A stretch of DNA of 64,000 nt, taken from the IMG/VR virus record IMGVR_UViG_3300045116_000451, positions 31,654 to 95,653 of that record. One strand, written 5' to 3'. This document shows, one piece after another, positions 20,949-30,294 of the stretch (position 1 is its first letter; each line of letters starts with the position of its first letter). The position numbers were made by a program, and so were the translations under genes. The DNA comes from a virus. A model generated the notes under the pieces. That model ran no database searches. It was not told where the DNA came from and saw only the letters and a program-made list of their open reading frames with translations.

Positions 20949-21067
20949 GGTGGTTTCTCCGTTGCCCGGGTATTCACCCGGTTGCTTGCCGGCCGGTGCT
21001 GTTGTTCACGCGGCCAAGTTCCGCGAGCCGGCCGGCGTTGTTCCTTTTTTCCTCGTGGTCCCCGGCA

Positions 21068-23731
21068 TCAGCCGAAGACGCCGTTCGAGCCTCCGACGTC
21101 GAAGATCCCCGTGTCCGGCGCGATCTCCTGCCCACCGACGACGCTCATCTGCGTGGTCGGCACGTAGTCGGAGCGCGTTCCGGGCCCGCCGCCCGTCAGC
21201 ATGCCGGGCCCGGCGCCCAGGCCCGCTGCGGCCTCCATCACACCGAATTCGGCGTCCAGGTTCCCGTCCGGGCGCACGCCGTCGTTGATGTAGCCGAACC
21301 CATCCGCTGAGCCCGAGAAGCTCGGCAGCACCTCGTAGTCGCCGTAGCCCTCGACCTGCAGGCCCGAGGCGACGTACTCGCCGAAGTCACTGACGGGCGC
21401 GAGCGAGCCGTCCGAAACGTACTCGCCGGTGCCGGTCACGTACTCGCCGAAGCCGGCGTTTGCCTGGTAGAACTGGCCCATGCCGGCGGCAGCCTGCACG
21501 AAGCGCGGGTCACCGAAGCCGGCGTTCGCCTGGTAGACGGGCTGCCCGAAGCCGCCCATCACGTAGCGCGAGCGCTGGCCCTGGCCCGGGATGCCCGAGA
21601 ACCCGGGGATGGTGTAGCCCACGGCGTTCAGAATGCCCTGGATGACGCCCGTCGCCATGGCGACGAAGCTGCCGACGCTCACGGCCTGTGCGTAGTGGCT
21701 CTTGCTCGGGTCGGTGAGGAACCACTTGCCCGAGGCGTACATGCCGATGCCACCGGCGACGACCTTGGAGGCGGGGCCGACGAACTTCGCGACGCCCGGC
21801 CCGAGGTAGCCGCCGAGGATGCTGAACAGGCCCGAGAGCAGGTTGATGCCGATGAACCCGCCGATGCCGGTGAGGCCGGCCTTGATGGCATCGCCCCAGC
21901 TCGGGTACGCGAGGTTCTCCATGTAGAAGCCCGGGTTCTTGCGGAACTTCTTGCCCATGCGCTTGTACATCTTCGACGCCTTCTTGACGCCGTAGCGCTT
22001 GACCAGGGCCTTCCACGTGCGCTTGCCGAAGCGCTTCTTCGCTTTCTTGCCGTACTTGCGCTTCTTGCTCGTGGACCGGCGCTTCTTGCTCTTGCCGCGC
22101 TTCTTTCCCTTGCTGCGCTTCTTGCCGCCGATCGCCCAGTAGTCGGGCTTGCGGAACGCGCTCTTGGTGCGCGCCTTCTTGAGGTACTTGCGGAAGCGCT
22201 TGGAGCCCATCATGGCCCGCACCCACGCGTCGAAGTCCTCGTACTCGGGGAACTGGCGCTGGGCGTGCCCCTCGGCCATGGCTTCCATCGCGAGGGCGAG
22301 CTGCTGGGGCGTCACGCCCATGTCGCGCGCGGCCTGCACGGCGGCGTACGTGAACTTCGGGGGCTTGGGCATCTTCGGGGGCTTGATGCGCCTGCCGACC
22401 CAGGGAGGAAGGAAGCCGGGCCCCCAGTCGAGGCGCTGAGCCCAGGCATACGGATCGAGGCGCTGGCCGCCGATGCCGGGCCGGAACGGGTAGCCGGTGC
22501 CTGCGCGCGTCTGCATGCGCGTGATGACGAGCAGGCGGCTTCGCGCAAGCGCCTTCTGCGACGCCGTCGCGCCCGGATGTGCGAGCACGGCCTGGAGCAG
22601 GCTTTCGGCGTAGCGGAAGTTGCGAGACCGAAGAGCCGTCAGGGCGCGCGCCAGCATGCCGGCCGGATCGCCGTGCCCGGCTGCAGCGCCGTACTGGTTG
22701 GGAGCGAACGGGCTGTTCTTGATGGTGACGTTGAGCGCGCCCCGTCCGCCCACGGCGTGCACACGACGAGCGCGCAGCGCGCCCTTGCGCGCGTAGCCCT
22801 TGCGCCCACGCTTGGCCTTGCGGCTGCGCTTGGCCTTGCGGCCGTAGCCCTTGCGGCCGCGCTTTCCCTTGCGCGCGTAGCCTTTGCGCCCGAAGCCGCG
22901 CTTGGCGTACGCGCCCTTGCGGCCCTTCTTGCGTCGGCGCTTGCCCTTGCCGCGACGCTTGCCCATGTTCTCCTCGAACTCGAAGCTCGAAGAGCTGGAC
23001 GAGCTGCTGTCGTCGTTCGCTTCGAACTCGTCCGCGTTGCGGCGGAAGGCTCGCACCTTGCCCCTGTACGGACGCAGGGTGAAGCTTTTTGAGATCAAGC
23101 CGGGAAGCCCATGGCGTCCCTTGCCCTTGCGGCCTCGCTTGCCCTTGCCGCGCTTGCGGCCCTTCTTGCGATTCTCTTCCATGACGATCATTGGATCCTC
23201 CGTCCAGGGTGGGCCGGCGCCCGGGCCGGCGGGGTTGTTGAGCGCGGTCTGGACGCCGTACTTCTTGGCGGCGGCGCGGATCCGGCGCTTGATCTTCGAG
23301 CGCACTGCCGGCGTGTAGCTCGGGCAGTGCTTGCCGCAGTAGCTGGCGGCGGCGCGCACGAACGATTGGCTCTGGGCCTTGGTTTTTCCGTGGATCGGGT
23401 ACGCGTAGCATTCCGGCAGGGCGTAGTGCTTTCTTTCTGTGGCACCGCGGCGGCGGTGTTTTGCTGGAGGTGACGAATGGCAGGTGACCCCGCCGACCTT
23501 CTTGGCGTTCGTGAGGAAGCGCCCCTTGTCGTCTCTGGGCTGCGCCCGCGGACGCCGCCGATTCCCCGGGTTCGAGATGCCCATGAGGGTGGTGACGCCG
23601 GCAGGGTTCGGGTTCAGGCGCAAGGGATGGCCCTTGGGTACGCCGTACCCCTTGGCGATCTTGCTGCTCACCTCGAAGACCTCGCCGGTCGCCACGCGCA
23701 TGCCTCTGCCGCATTCGCGGGAAGCCGCCAC
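21068..23731 (-). CDS. Basic (K/R-rich) membrane-anchored core polyprotein
   Basis: Long K/R tracts, QPRDDKGRF, DUF6582-like YALP..YPIH...RIRAAAKKYGV, hydrophobic helices, acidic C-terminal AGFG(D/E/Q) repeats. Confidence 0.75.
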   Translation of the reverse strand: MAASRECGRGMRVATGEVFEVSSKIAKGYGVPKGHPLRLNPNPAGVTTLMGISNPGNRRRPRAQPRDDKGRFLTNAKKVGGVTCHSSPPAKHRRRGATERKHYALPECYAYPIHGKTKAQSQSFVRAAASYCGKHCPSYTPAVRSKIKRRIRAAAKKYGVQTALNNPAGPGAGPPWTEDPMIVMEENRKKGRKRGKGKRGRKGKGRHGLPGLISKSFTLRPYRGKVRAFRRNADEFEANDDSSSSSSSSFEFEENMGKRRGKGKRRRKKGRKGAYAKRGFGRKGYARKGKRGRKGYGRKAKRSRKAKRGRKGYARKGALRARRVHAVGGRGALNVTIKNSPFAPNQYGAAAGHGDPAGMLARALTALRSRNFRYAESLLQAVLAHPGATASQKALARSRLLVITRMQTRAGTGYPFRPGIGGQRLDPYAWAQRLDWGPGFLPPWVGRRIKPPKMPKPPKFTYAAVQAARDMGVTPQQLALAMEAMAEGHAQRQFPEYEDFDAWVRAMMGSKRFRKYLKKARTKSAFRKPDYWAIGGKKRSKGKKRGKSKKRRSTSKKRKYGKKAKKRFGKRTWKALVKRYGVKKASKMYKRMGKKFRKNPGFYMENLAYPSWGDAIKAGLTGIGGFIGINLLSGLFSILGGYLGPGVAKFVGPASKVVAGGIGMYASGKWFLTDPSKSHYAQAVSVGSFVAMATGVIQGILNAVGYTIPGFSGIPGQGQRSRYVMGGFGQPVYQANAGFGDPRFVQAAAGMGQFYQANAGFGEYVTGTGEYVSDGSLAPVSDFGEYVASGLQVEGYGDYEVLPSFSGSADGFGYINDGVRPDGNLDAEFGVMEAAAGLGAGPGMLTGGGPGTRSDYVPTTQMSVVGGQEIAPDTGIFDVGGSNGVFG

Positions 23732-23764
23732 CCTGGCGAAACGGATCTCCGCTACCTGCGTGCC

Positions 23765-23793
23765 GTTCTACCGGCGCGGACACGATCTGTCAA
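23765..23793 (-). promoter_or_regulatory. sigma70-like promoter for the core/capsid operon
   Basis: TTGACA-N17-TAGAAC on the minus strand upstream of 23731. Confidence 0.65.
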
Positions 23794-23804
23794 GCGCGGC
23801 GCCG

Positions 23805-24551
23805 TCAGTCGAACCCGTGCAGCGACTGCAGCAGTACGCCGACGAAAGCGTCCGCCCATTCGACGGCGAACGGTCGGGAGCCAGCAGGGCGGCCGGCAGC
23901 GCCCGCGAGCGACCTCAGCTTGGAAGCCACTTCGACCGAGGGCCAGGCGGTCTCGGGGTCGCTCATGTGCACGGGCACTTCAGCGCGTCCGAGTAGAGCT
24001 TGCAGAGCGAGCGCGAGACGCTTGGTGTAGACCTCGGCTGTGATCGCGGATTGTTCGGGTTGCATCGCCCAGGCTTTGCCGAGCGTCACCGGATCGCCCG
24101 CGACCGTGTGACCGAACCCTGCCCACCAAAAGCCTCGGAGAACACCCGGTTCGGTTTTCGCGTTTGGTTTGGTGCGTTCGAATTCGTAGCCCCGCTTCGA
24201 ATGCGCCACGCGCATGAGATGTTCGCTCGCCGGATGGCGAAACTCGACGAGCGCTGCTCCTTCGACAAGCTTGTCGATTCGATCCCTGAGAACAGCGATT
24301 GTGTCGGCACTAGGCCACTCGCTTTTTGCCTGTTTGGACCAAACGTGCACGTGCTCGTCACCGAGGAGTGCGGTCAAGGCCAACTTCAAGTTGTCAGCCA
24401 TGATGCCGGCAGCTTTACGCGCATGCGTCCGATCAATCGACCAGGCGGTGCCTATTTTGATTTCGTCGCGCCACAGCAATCCAGGATCACTGTAAAAGGT
24501 GTGGCCGAAGTCGGACGACCACAGTATCGTCAACGGGTCGGATTGTTTCAT
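23805..24551 (-). CDS. hypothetical protein with internal duplication
   Basis: FGHT...G.AW...L.LAL.ALLG...VHV/M...WPS occurs twice. Confidence 0.7.
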   Translation of the reverse strand: MKQSDPLTILWSSDFGHTFYSDPGLLWRDEIKIGTAWSIDRTHARKAAGIMADNLKLALTALLGDEHVHVWSKQAKSEWPSADTIAVLRDRIDKLVEGAALVEFRHPASEHLMRVAHSKRGYEFERTKPNAKTEPGVLRGFWWAGFGHTVAGDPVTLGKAWAMQPEQSAITAEVYTKRLALALQALLGRAEVPVHMSDPETAWPSVEVASKLRSLAGAAGRPAGSRPFAVEWADAFVGVLLQSLHGFD

Positions 24552-25150
24552 CCCACGATCCCGTCCTTCTTGATGTCAATCTCCGATCCGGTGACGAGAA
24601 AGTGCACCCCCTCGTCCGAGTACACGAGCAGGAACGTTTCACCGGTGTCGGGCCGCTTGCCCGACGCCCAGGTTGCCTTGGGAAGGCGCATCTCGTAGTA
24701 GCGGCCGTCGGTCGCCAGGACCTGCACGCCCTTGAATTCAGCCAGGTCCGACACGAACTTAGGCATCGGGCCCGTCAGCTCGTAGCTTCGGCCCGAGAAC
24801 TCGACGGGCGCTCCGGCTGCGTGACGCACCGACCGAGCACGCCCGTTTCCTTCTCGGAACACGACGGCCTGAGCCCGATCGTTCACGAGCTGAGTGATGG
24901 CCGCGTTGACGAATAGATTCTGCGGCGCTTCGGCGACGTGCTTGTACAGCTCCCACTTGCCGCCGTTGAGCATCTTGTTCGAGAAGTAGATTTCAGCGTT
25001 GGTTTGTCCGAGGTGCATCCAGAACCTAGGCCACTCGAACGAAAGCTCGTGCGGGTTTCTCGCGGGTTTTCCGTAGAATACCTCGCGCTGGCGTTTCGCC
25101 GATTCGAAGACGTTCTTGGTGCTGACTACGGCGACGCGTTCGCGGCTCAC
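24548..25150 (-). CDS. hypothetical protein
   Basis: 200 aa, coupled start and stop. Confidence 0.7.
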   Translation of the reverse strand: MSRERVAVVSTKNVFESAKRQREVFYGKPARNPHELSFEWPRFWMHLGQTNAEIYFSNKMLNGGKWELYKHVAEAPQNLFVNAAITQLVNDRAQAVVFREGNGRARSVRHAAGAPVEFSGRSYELTGPMPKFVSDLAEFKGVQVLATDGRYYEMRLPKATWASGKRPDTGETFLLVYSDEGVHFLVTGSEIDIKKDGIVG

Positions 25151-25542
25151 GAGACGGACCTTTCTTTCTGGCGCGAGCGCATGATCGCAAAAGCGCCCAA
25201 AGCAGCCACGGCTGCGACCACAGCTCCGACAGCGAGAAAGCGAGCCCGATCGCCGACAGGCGCAGCAAAAGCCCCGATGCCAGACGGTACCCCGGTTTTC
25301 TTCGTCCCCTTCCAGACGCCGACTTCACCGCTCGAGATCGAGCCGACCGGAAGGACCCCGTGGCCGACTTTGCGGGCGTCGGGCGGGAGCGGCCGGCCGG
25401 CCATGCTCGCCGGGACTCCGACCGGAGTTGCGAGCGGCGCGAAGTAGCGAGGCGTCGGCAGGTCGTCGTTGAGCGGAACGCGGTCGCCGGCCTCCCAGTA
25501 GTCGAACCCGCCCTCGTACGGGTTGTGCACCGAGTAGATCAC
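25147..25542 (-). CDS. putative virion membrane protein
   Basis: GTG coupled start; C-terminal TM helix. Confidence 0.65.
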   Translation of the reverse strand: MIYSVHNPYEGGFDYWEAGDRVPLNDDLPTPRYFAPLATPVGVPASMAGRPLPPDARKVGHGVLPVGSISSGEVGVWKGTKKTGVPSGIGAFAAPVGDRARFLAVGAVVAAVAALGAFAIMRSRQKERSVS

Positions 25543-26579
25543 AGCGCGCCCTCGAACTCGGCCTCCTCGTACTTGGGCGTCTCGGCAAGCTCGCGGTGGC
25601 GTTCGCGCAAGCGCTTGAGGCTGCGCGCCTTGTGCTCGCCGTACGCCTCGCCCGCCTTGGACAGGGAGGTGACGATCTGGGGCGCGAACTGGATGACGAG
25701 GTAGATGCCGAGACCGGCGGCCCCGAGCCCGATGATCCAGCGCTGGGTGCTCTTCGAGATGAACTGGTCGATGATGCTGGGCGGATTCTCGGAAAGCTTC
25801 GTGACGGCATCCGCCATGTTGCGGCAAATGATCTCGGCGTCCTTGTGGTTCGTGCTGATGGCGAGCTTGCACGCCTCGAGCATCTGCTCTCGGTTCTTCA
25901 AGCTCGCCTGCACGTACGCGTACCAGCTCACAAGGCCAGCCGCCGCTAGGATGGCGATGATGCCCACGTAGAAAAGCACCGGCCCTCCCAGCCCAACCGC
26001 GCCCAAGCTCGGCCCGGTCGTCATGGCGCCCGGTGTCGCGATCGTGATGCGTGAGCCAGGCCCGGCGCCTACGCTTTTTGCGTGCCCCTCGGCGTTGACG
26101 ACCGGGCCCAGCATGGCCGTGCGCCCAAGATGGATGATCTCGGAAAACTGCCGGATGCGCACCTCAACGCCCGCGTCGAAGTCGGCCTGCGACAGCCGGC
26201 CGATGGCGACTTGTTCGCGGGCGTAGCCCGTCAGGTACGCGCCCAGGTTCGCCGACGCCTGGGCGAATTTTCCGAAGTAGATCGATCGTGCTTGTTCGGA
26301 ATCGTACGTGAACGCGGCTTGCTCGGGAACGTCCTGGCCGGACGAAAGCGACTGGATGAGCGTGCCGGCGTAGCGGTCGATGTGGTTGCCGGTCAGCTCG
26401 GAGGCGTTCTCGTACTGCGAGGTGTTCAGAACCGTGCCGGCCGGGAACACGGCGCGGAGCGACGCCGCCGCCTCGTCGTAGGCATGCCCGAGCCTCTGCT
26501 CGGCGCTCATGAGCGGGTCGGCGTAGTAGAGCGGCTGCTTGACCAGGGCAACCGCGCTCGCTTCTTCGCGCCCCGGCAT
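25539..26579 (-). CDS. putative virion membrane protein (2 TM)
   Basis: Two TM helices, AVGLG motif. Confidence 0.7.
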   Translation of the reverse strand: MPGREEASAVALVKQPLYYADPLMSAEQRLGHAYDEAAASLRAVFPAGTVLNTSQYENASELTGNHIDRYAGTLIQSLSSGQDVPEQAAFTYDSEQARSIYFGKFAQASANLGAYLTGYAREQVAIGRLSQADFDAGVEVRIRQFSEIIHLGRTAMLGPVVNAEGHAKSVGAGPGSRITIATPGAMTTGPSLGAVGLGGPVLFYVGIIAILAAAGLVSWYAYVQASLKNREQMLEACKLAISTNHKDAEIICRNMADAVTKLSENPPSIIDQFISKSTQRWIIGLGAAGLGIYLVIQFAPQIVTSLSKAGEAYGEHKARSLKRLRERHRELAETPKYEEAEFEGAL

Positions 26580-26594
26580 GCTCCAGCCTCCGGC

Positions 26595-28040
26595 TCAGTT
26601 CGAGCAGTTGCGGCGGGCCTTGCGACCGCGGCGGCGCCGAGCACGCTTTCGCTTTCGGTTGGCCGAGTAGAACGCGGGCTCGCCGTAGGCTCCGGCTCCG
26701 AGGTCCTCACCCATGCCAAGCTCGTCCATGCCGGGCTCCAGGCCCGCCAGACCGAACTCGTCGCCCATGGCGGGGCCGCCGAGCATGCCTTCCTCGGCCA
26801 CCTTCTTGCGCTTGTAGGCGATGTAGCCGACCGCGGCCGCGCCCACGCCGAGAACTCCCAGGATCACCCACCAGTACTTGCCGAGGAGCGAGGTGCCCGG
26901 GGGAGTCGGAGTGGGCGGATAGCCGGGCGGCACGGGGCCCGGAGGCGTGGTCTGGCCGAAGCAGAACGGCGGGAAGCCGTACTGGCCCGCGGGGCAGGCG
27001 CCGCCGATGGGCGGGATAGAGGTGTCGCCGGGCGCCGGCGTCCCGAAGCAGAAGGGAGGGACGCCGAACTGGCCCGACGGGCACTGGCCCCCTGGCTGAG
27101 GCGGACCGGAGGGAGGGGGCTGGCCCGGGATGGCGGGCGTGCCGACGCAGCCGATGATGGGCAAGTACGTCTGGCCCTGCTGGCAGCCGTGCGTGTCGGT
27201 CGGGGGCTGGCCGGGCATGCCGACGCAGCCGGCCGGGGTCTTGACCTGGCCGCCGGGGCATTCGCTCGGCTCAGATGGGCCCGAGCCGATGCACTTCGGC
27301 CCGAAGGGGAAGGGGTTCTTGGTCTGGCCCGCGGCGCACTCGCTGGGCGGGTTGACGACGCCGCCTCCACCTCCGCCGCCTGGCCCGGTGGCGCCGATGG
27401 GCATGCAGCCGAGCATGGGCACGTAGGTCTGCCCGGCAGGGCACTGGCCGGCTGGGGGCGGCTGCCCTGGTTGCGGGGGCGGCACCGTCGGCGAGATCGG
27501 CGGGATCGTCGAAATGGGGTCGGGCAGGCACTGGCTGATCATCGGTTCCCAGTGCTGGCCCTGCGGGCACTGCTGCGGCACGGGCCCGCCTCCGCCGGGG
27601 CAACGACCCTCGACTGGAACGCCGTCCGTGCAGTCGGTGCACACGTTGACGTTCGAGACGGTGAAATCGGGCACGATGTCACCCCAGACCACGTTCTCCG
27701 ACTTGCACCTCTGACCCGTGGCTTCGTAGATTTGGGCGGACTTCACGAAGGGATCGCCGCCGTGCTGGTACTTCCAGGCGCTTGCGGTGCAGCCCTTCCA
27801 GTCGCCGTCGACGTGCAGGCTCGGTGCGCCGCGCGCCTTCAGGTACGCCTGGATCTGGCGCACCAAGCTCGTGTTCGCGGTGTTGCACGAGACGAGCGGG
27901 CCTGAGCCACCGGCCCCGCCCCCCCCGCCTCCACCGCCGCCGCCGGGCAGACCACCCGGGATTCCCTCGGGGAACGGCCAAGTACCCACGCCGAGCACGT
28001 TTCGCTCACTGAAGATGCCGCCTCGTCCGCTTCGCTTCAT
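26595..28040 (-). CDS. putative spike/receptor-binding protein: PG-binding-like domain, CPxGQ repeats, TM, basic tail
   Basis: VRQIQAYLKARG...DGDWKGCTASA; about 7 C(P/A/Q)xGQ repeats; YWWVILGVLGVGAAAVGYIAY; ANRKRKR tail. Confidence 0.7.
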   Translation of the reverse strand: MKRSGRGGIFSERNVLGVGTWPFPEGIPGGLPGGGGGGGGGGAGGSGPLVSCNTANTSLVRQIQAYLKARGAPSLHVDGDWKGCTASAWKYQHGGDPFVKSAQIYEATGQRCKSENVVWGDIVPDFTVSNVNVCTDCTDGVPVEGRCPGGGGPVPQQCPQGQHWEPMISQCLPDPISTIPPISPTVPPPQPGQPPPAGQCPAGQTYVPMLGCMPIGATGPGGGGGGGVVNPPSECAAGQTKNPFPFGPKCIGSGPSEPSECPGGQVKTPAGCVGMPGQPPTDTHGCQQGQTYLPIIGCVGTPAIPGQPPPSGPPQPGGQCPSGQFGVPPFCFGTPAPGDTSIPPIGGACPAGQYGFPPFCFGQTTPPGPVPPGYPPTPTPPGTSLLGKYWWVILGVLGVGAAAVGYIAYKRKKVAEEGMLGGPAMGDEFGLAGLEPGMDELGMGEDLGAGAYGEPAFYSANRKRKRARRRRGRKARRNCSN

Positions 28041-28044
28041 GTTC

Positions 28045-28740
28045 TCACCTGGGTCCGTAGGATAGGTGGCGCTTGCGACCGCGTCCAGAGCGCCGCCCGC
28101 CCCGGCTTCGGGGCCGATTTGAAACAGCTTTGGGCGTGCGCGTCGCACGGTAGATGACGTAACCCACGGTCAGCACGAGCACCGTTGCGCCGAGCGCAAA
28201 CGCTCTGACCATGCCCTCAAACAGCTCGAGCTGAGGCCTCTTGTGAGGTTCTTTGGTCAGATCGATGGTCGACGACTCGGGCAGGTCGGAGATGCGCAGC
28301 TTGGGCAGCACCGCGAACCGAGCGGTGCTCGAGAGCGTCGGCGCGGCGGCCTGTTTGGCGGCGAGAGCCCGCGCCATCGCAGCGTACGGCGAGTAGTCGA
28401 TGGGCTTCGGAGGCGTGACGCAGTTTCCCTGCGCGTCCTTCACCTTGCCCGCGCCGCAGACGGCCGTGAACGCGAATCCTGTCGGCTGAGCCGGCGTGCT
28501 CGGGATCTTGGTAAAGAACCCGCCGATGGTAGGAGGCGGTGCCTGGCAACCAACGCCCGGCAAGTAGACCTGGCCCTCGGGGCAGGAGGTCAATTCTTCA
28601 GGGACGAGTGGCTGACAGCCAACCCCGACTACGTAGGCTTGCCCTTCGGGGCATTGAAGCATGTCGGCCGGAATCTCTGGCTGTTTCACCGAGCCTGGCA
28701 TGCCCCAGGCGCCAAATGCGCGCAGACCGAAACGCGTCAT
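28045..28740 (-). CDS. CPEGQ-repeat membrane protein (paralogue of 29048-29896)
   Basis: CPEGQ twice, TM, SNRPRSR tail. Confidence 0.7.
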   Translation of the reverse strand: MTRFGLRAFGAWGMPGSVKQPEIPADMLQCPEGQAYVVGVGCQPLVPEELTSCPEGQVYLPGVGCQAPPPTIGGFFTKIPSTPAQPTGFAFTAVCGAGKVKDAQGNCVTPPKPIDYSPYAAMARALAAKQAAAPTLSSTARFAVLPKLRISDLPESSTIDLTKEPHKRPQLELFEGMVRAFALGATVLVLTVGYVIYRATRTPKAVSNRPRSRGGRRSGRGRKRHLSYGPR

Positions 28741-29523
28741 CGGTCCCTCCCATATCGCCCTCGGGGGCGTTCAACACGCCGCCGGTTCGTCGCAAGTGAG
28801 CCACCGCGTGCTTCCCGCACGAGCTTGACGACGGGTTTCAAGAATTCGCGTTTGCTCGCTGTGACCACGATGTATCCAACGACCGCCATGCCGAGCACCA
28901 TCGTAGCCGATTGAATGAAACCAGAAGTGAGCGGCCCCGCCCACCATCGATCGACGCACCATCCGAACGGGTTGAGCCGCTGCCAGTAAGGACACGCCTG
29001 CCGGCGAATTCCTTCGCGGTAGTCGTCGGGCGAAAGCAGGTCGGCGCCTAGCGATTGCAATTTCGCAGAGCCTCCCCGCAGTTGGGCGTGGCCCCGGGCT
29101 TCCGCGTCATCTTGTAGACGACCACGCCACCGACCAGGAGCGCGACCGCGCCGAGCCCCCAGAGCCACGCGCGCGAGCCAGGAGCCATCCCGGGCAACGG
29201 CATCGCCTGTCGTTCCTTGGGCAGATCGGAAATGCGAAGCTTCGGAAGCACCGCGAACCGAGCCGTGCTCGAGAGCGTCGGCGCAGCGGCCTGCTTGGCG
29301 GCGAGGGCTCGTGCCGCCGCTGCGTACGGCGAGTAGTCGATGGGCTTCGAGGGCGTGACGCAGTTGCCCTGCGCGTCCTTGACCTTGCCCGCGCCGCAGA
29401 CGGATGTGATCGCCCAGCCGACGCTCGGCTCAGCCGGCGTGCTCGGGATCTTCGTGATGAACCCGCCCACCGTGGGCCCCTGGCATCCGACGCCCGGAAG
29501 GTAGACCTGCCCCTCGGGGCAGC
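28280..29523. repeat. About 300-bp direct duplication (28280-28585 and 29220-29523)
   Basis: Both copies encode CPEGQVYLPGVGCQ...VCGAGKVKDAQGNCVTP...LPKLRISDLP with mostly synonymous differences. Confidence 0.9.
28737..29060 (-). CDS. small membrane protein
   Basis: TTG start after GGAGG, LQSLG, TM, TNRRR tail. Confidence 0.55.
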   Translation of the reverse strand: MQSLGADLLSPDDYREGIRRQACPYWQRLNPFGWCVDRWWAGPLTSGFIQSATMVLGMAVVGYIVVTASKREFLKPVVKLVREARGGSLATNRRRVERPRGRYGRDR

Positions 29524-29896
29524 CCGCCGGAGCCGGAGGCGTCACGTAGTCCTCGCCCGCCGGGCAAGGTCGTTTTGGCGGGACCTTGTAGAACTTGCCG
29601 CATTCGATACCGACGGCGCGCAGGGATGCCTTGGTCGCGGGCTCCCCGAACATCTGCTGGAACACGCTGTCGGTGCAGACGCCCCACAAGCCGTCTTGCG
29701 TCAGCTTTTTGGCGCCGGCTTCTTTCATGGACTTTTGCATGAAACGCGCCACCGCCGTGTCGCTCCATTCGTCAAGAACGCAGCTCGGGAACTTGACGAG
29801 CGCATCGGCCTCGGTTCCGAGCCCGAGCAAAGGGCCCCCGAGAGATCCGAGCCCCTGAGCGAGCGCGCCTCGACCGAAGATGCCAGCGTTTCTCAT
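29048..29896 (-). CDS. membrane protein with PG-binding-like domain and CPxG repeats
   Basis: VARFMQKSMKEAG...DGLWGVCT; C-terminal TM. Confidence 0.7.
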   Translation of the reverse strand: MRNAGIFGRGALAQGLGSLGGPLLGLGTEADALVKFPSCVLDEWSDTAVARFMQKSMKEAGAKKLTQDGLWGVCTDSVFQQMFGEPATKASLRAVGIECGKFYKVPPKRPCPAGEDYVTPPAPAGCPEGQVYLPGVGCQGPTVGGFITKIPSTPAEPSVGWAITSVCGAGKVKDAQGNCVTPSKPIDYSPYAAAARALAAKQAAAPTLSSTARFAVLPKLRISDLPKERQAMPLPGMAPGSRAWLWGLGAVALLVGGVVVYKMTRKPGATPNCGEALRNCNR

Positions 29897-29897
29897 G

Positions 29898-30002
29898 TCA
29901 CTTCCCTCGCCGGCCAGGGCCGGTCTGCACCGTCATCATGGCCACGATGATCGCGCTCGCGACCGCGGCCACCGCAAGAACTCCTATCCAGCCATTCAAC
30001 AT
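29898..30002 (-). CDS. 34-aa single-TM peptide (absent from the ORF track)
   Basis: MLNGWIGVLAVAAVASAIIVAMMTVQTGPGRRGK fills the gap between neighbouring genes. Confidence 0.5.
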   Translation of the reverse strand: MLNGWIGVLAVAAVASAIIVAMMTVQTGPGRRGK

Positions 30003-30012
30003 CGCGTGCCGT

Positions 30013-30291
30013 TCATCTGTACTTGCGACGCCCGCGCCTACGCGGCTTCATCCATGACCAGCGCCGGGTGCCGGCGCGCTTTCGCTTTCTTCGCTTGCGA
30101 CGATTGGCGACCGCCTCGCCCGGCTTCTTTCGGGTGATGATGACCGCGCCGATACCGATGACCAGAACGCCAACGGCTCCAAGCATGAGCGTCTTCGTGG
30201 ACACCCGCGAGAGAAGGGGCACCGGAGCTGGCGGGATCGACAGGGGCTGGATGCCGCTGCCCCCACCAATCTTCGTGATCGCAAAAGCCAT
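30013..30291 (-). CDS. small membrane protein with basic tail
   Basis: TM then ANRRKRRKRKR. Confidence 0.7.
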   Translation of the reverse strand: MAFAITKIGGGSGIQPLSIPPAPVPLLSRVSTKTLMLGAVGVLVIGIGAVIITRKKPGEAVANRRKRRKRKRAGTRRWSWMKPRRRGRRKYR

Positions 30292-30294
30292 GAC

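Noticed and set aside
13058-27905. Long plus-strand ORFs (13058-15052, 19209-21167, 21695-23092, 26082-27905)
   Set aside because: Antisense shadows of high-GC3 minus-strand genes, with no motifs
28280-29523. DGR template/variable repeat pair
   Set aside because: Differences are mostly synonymous and not adenine-specific; both copies are coding; no reverse transcriptase
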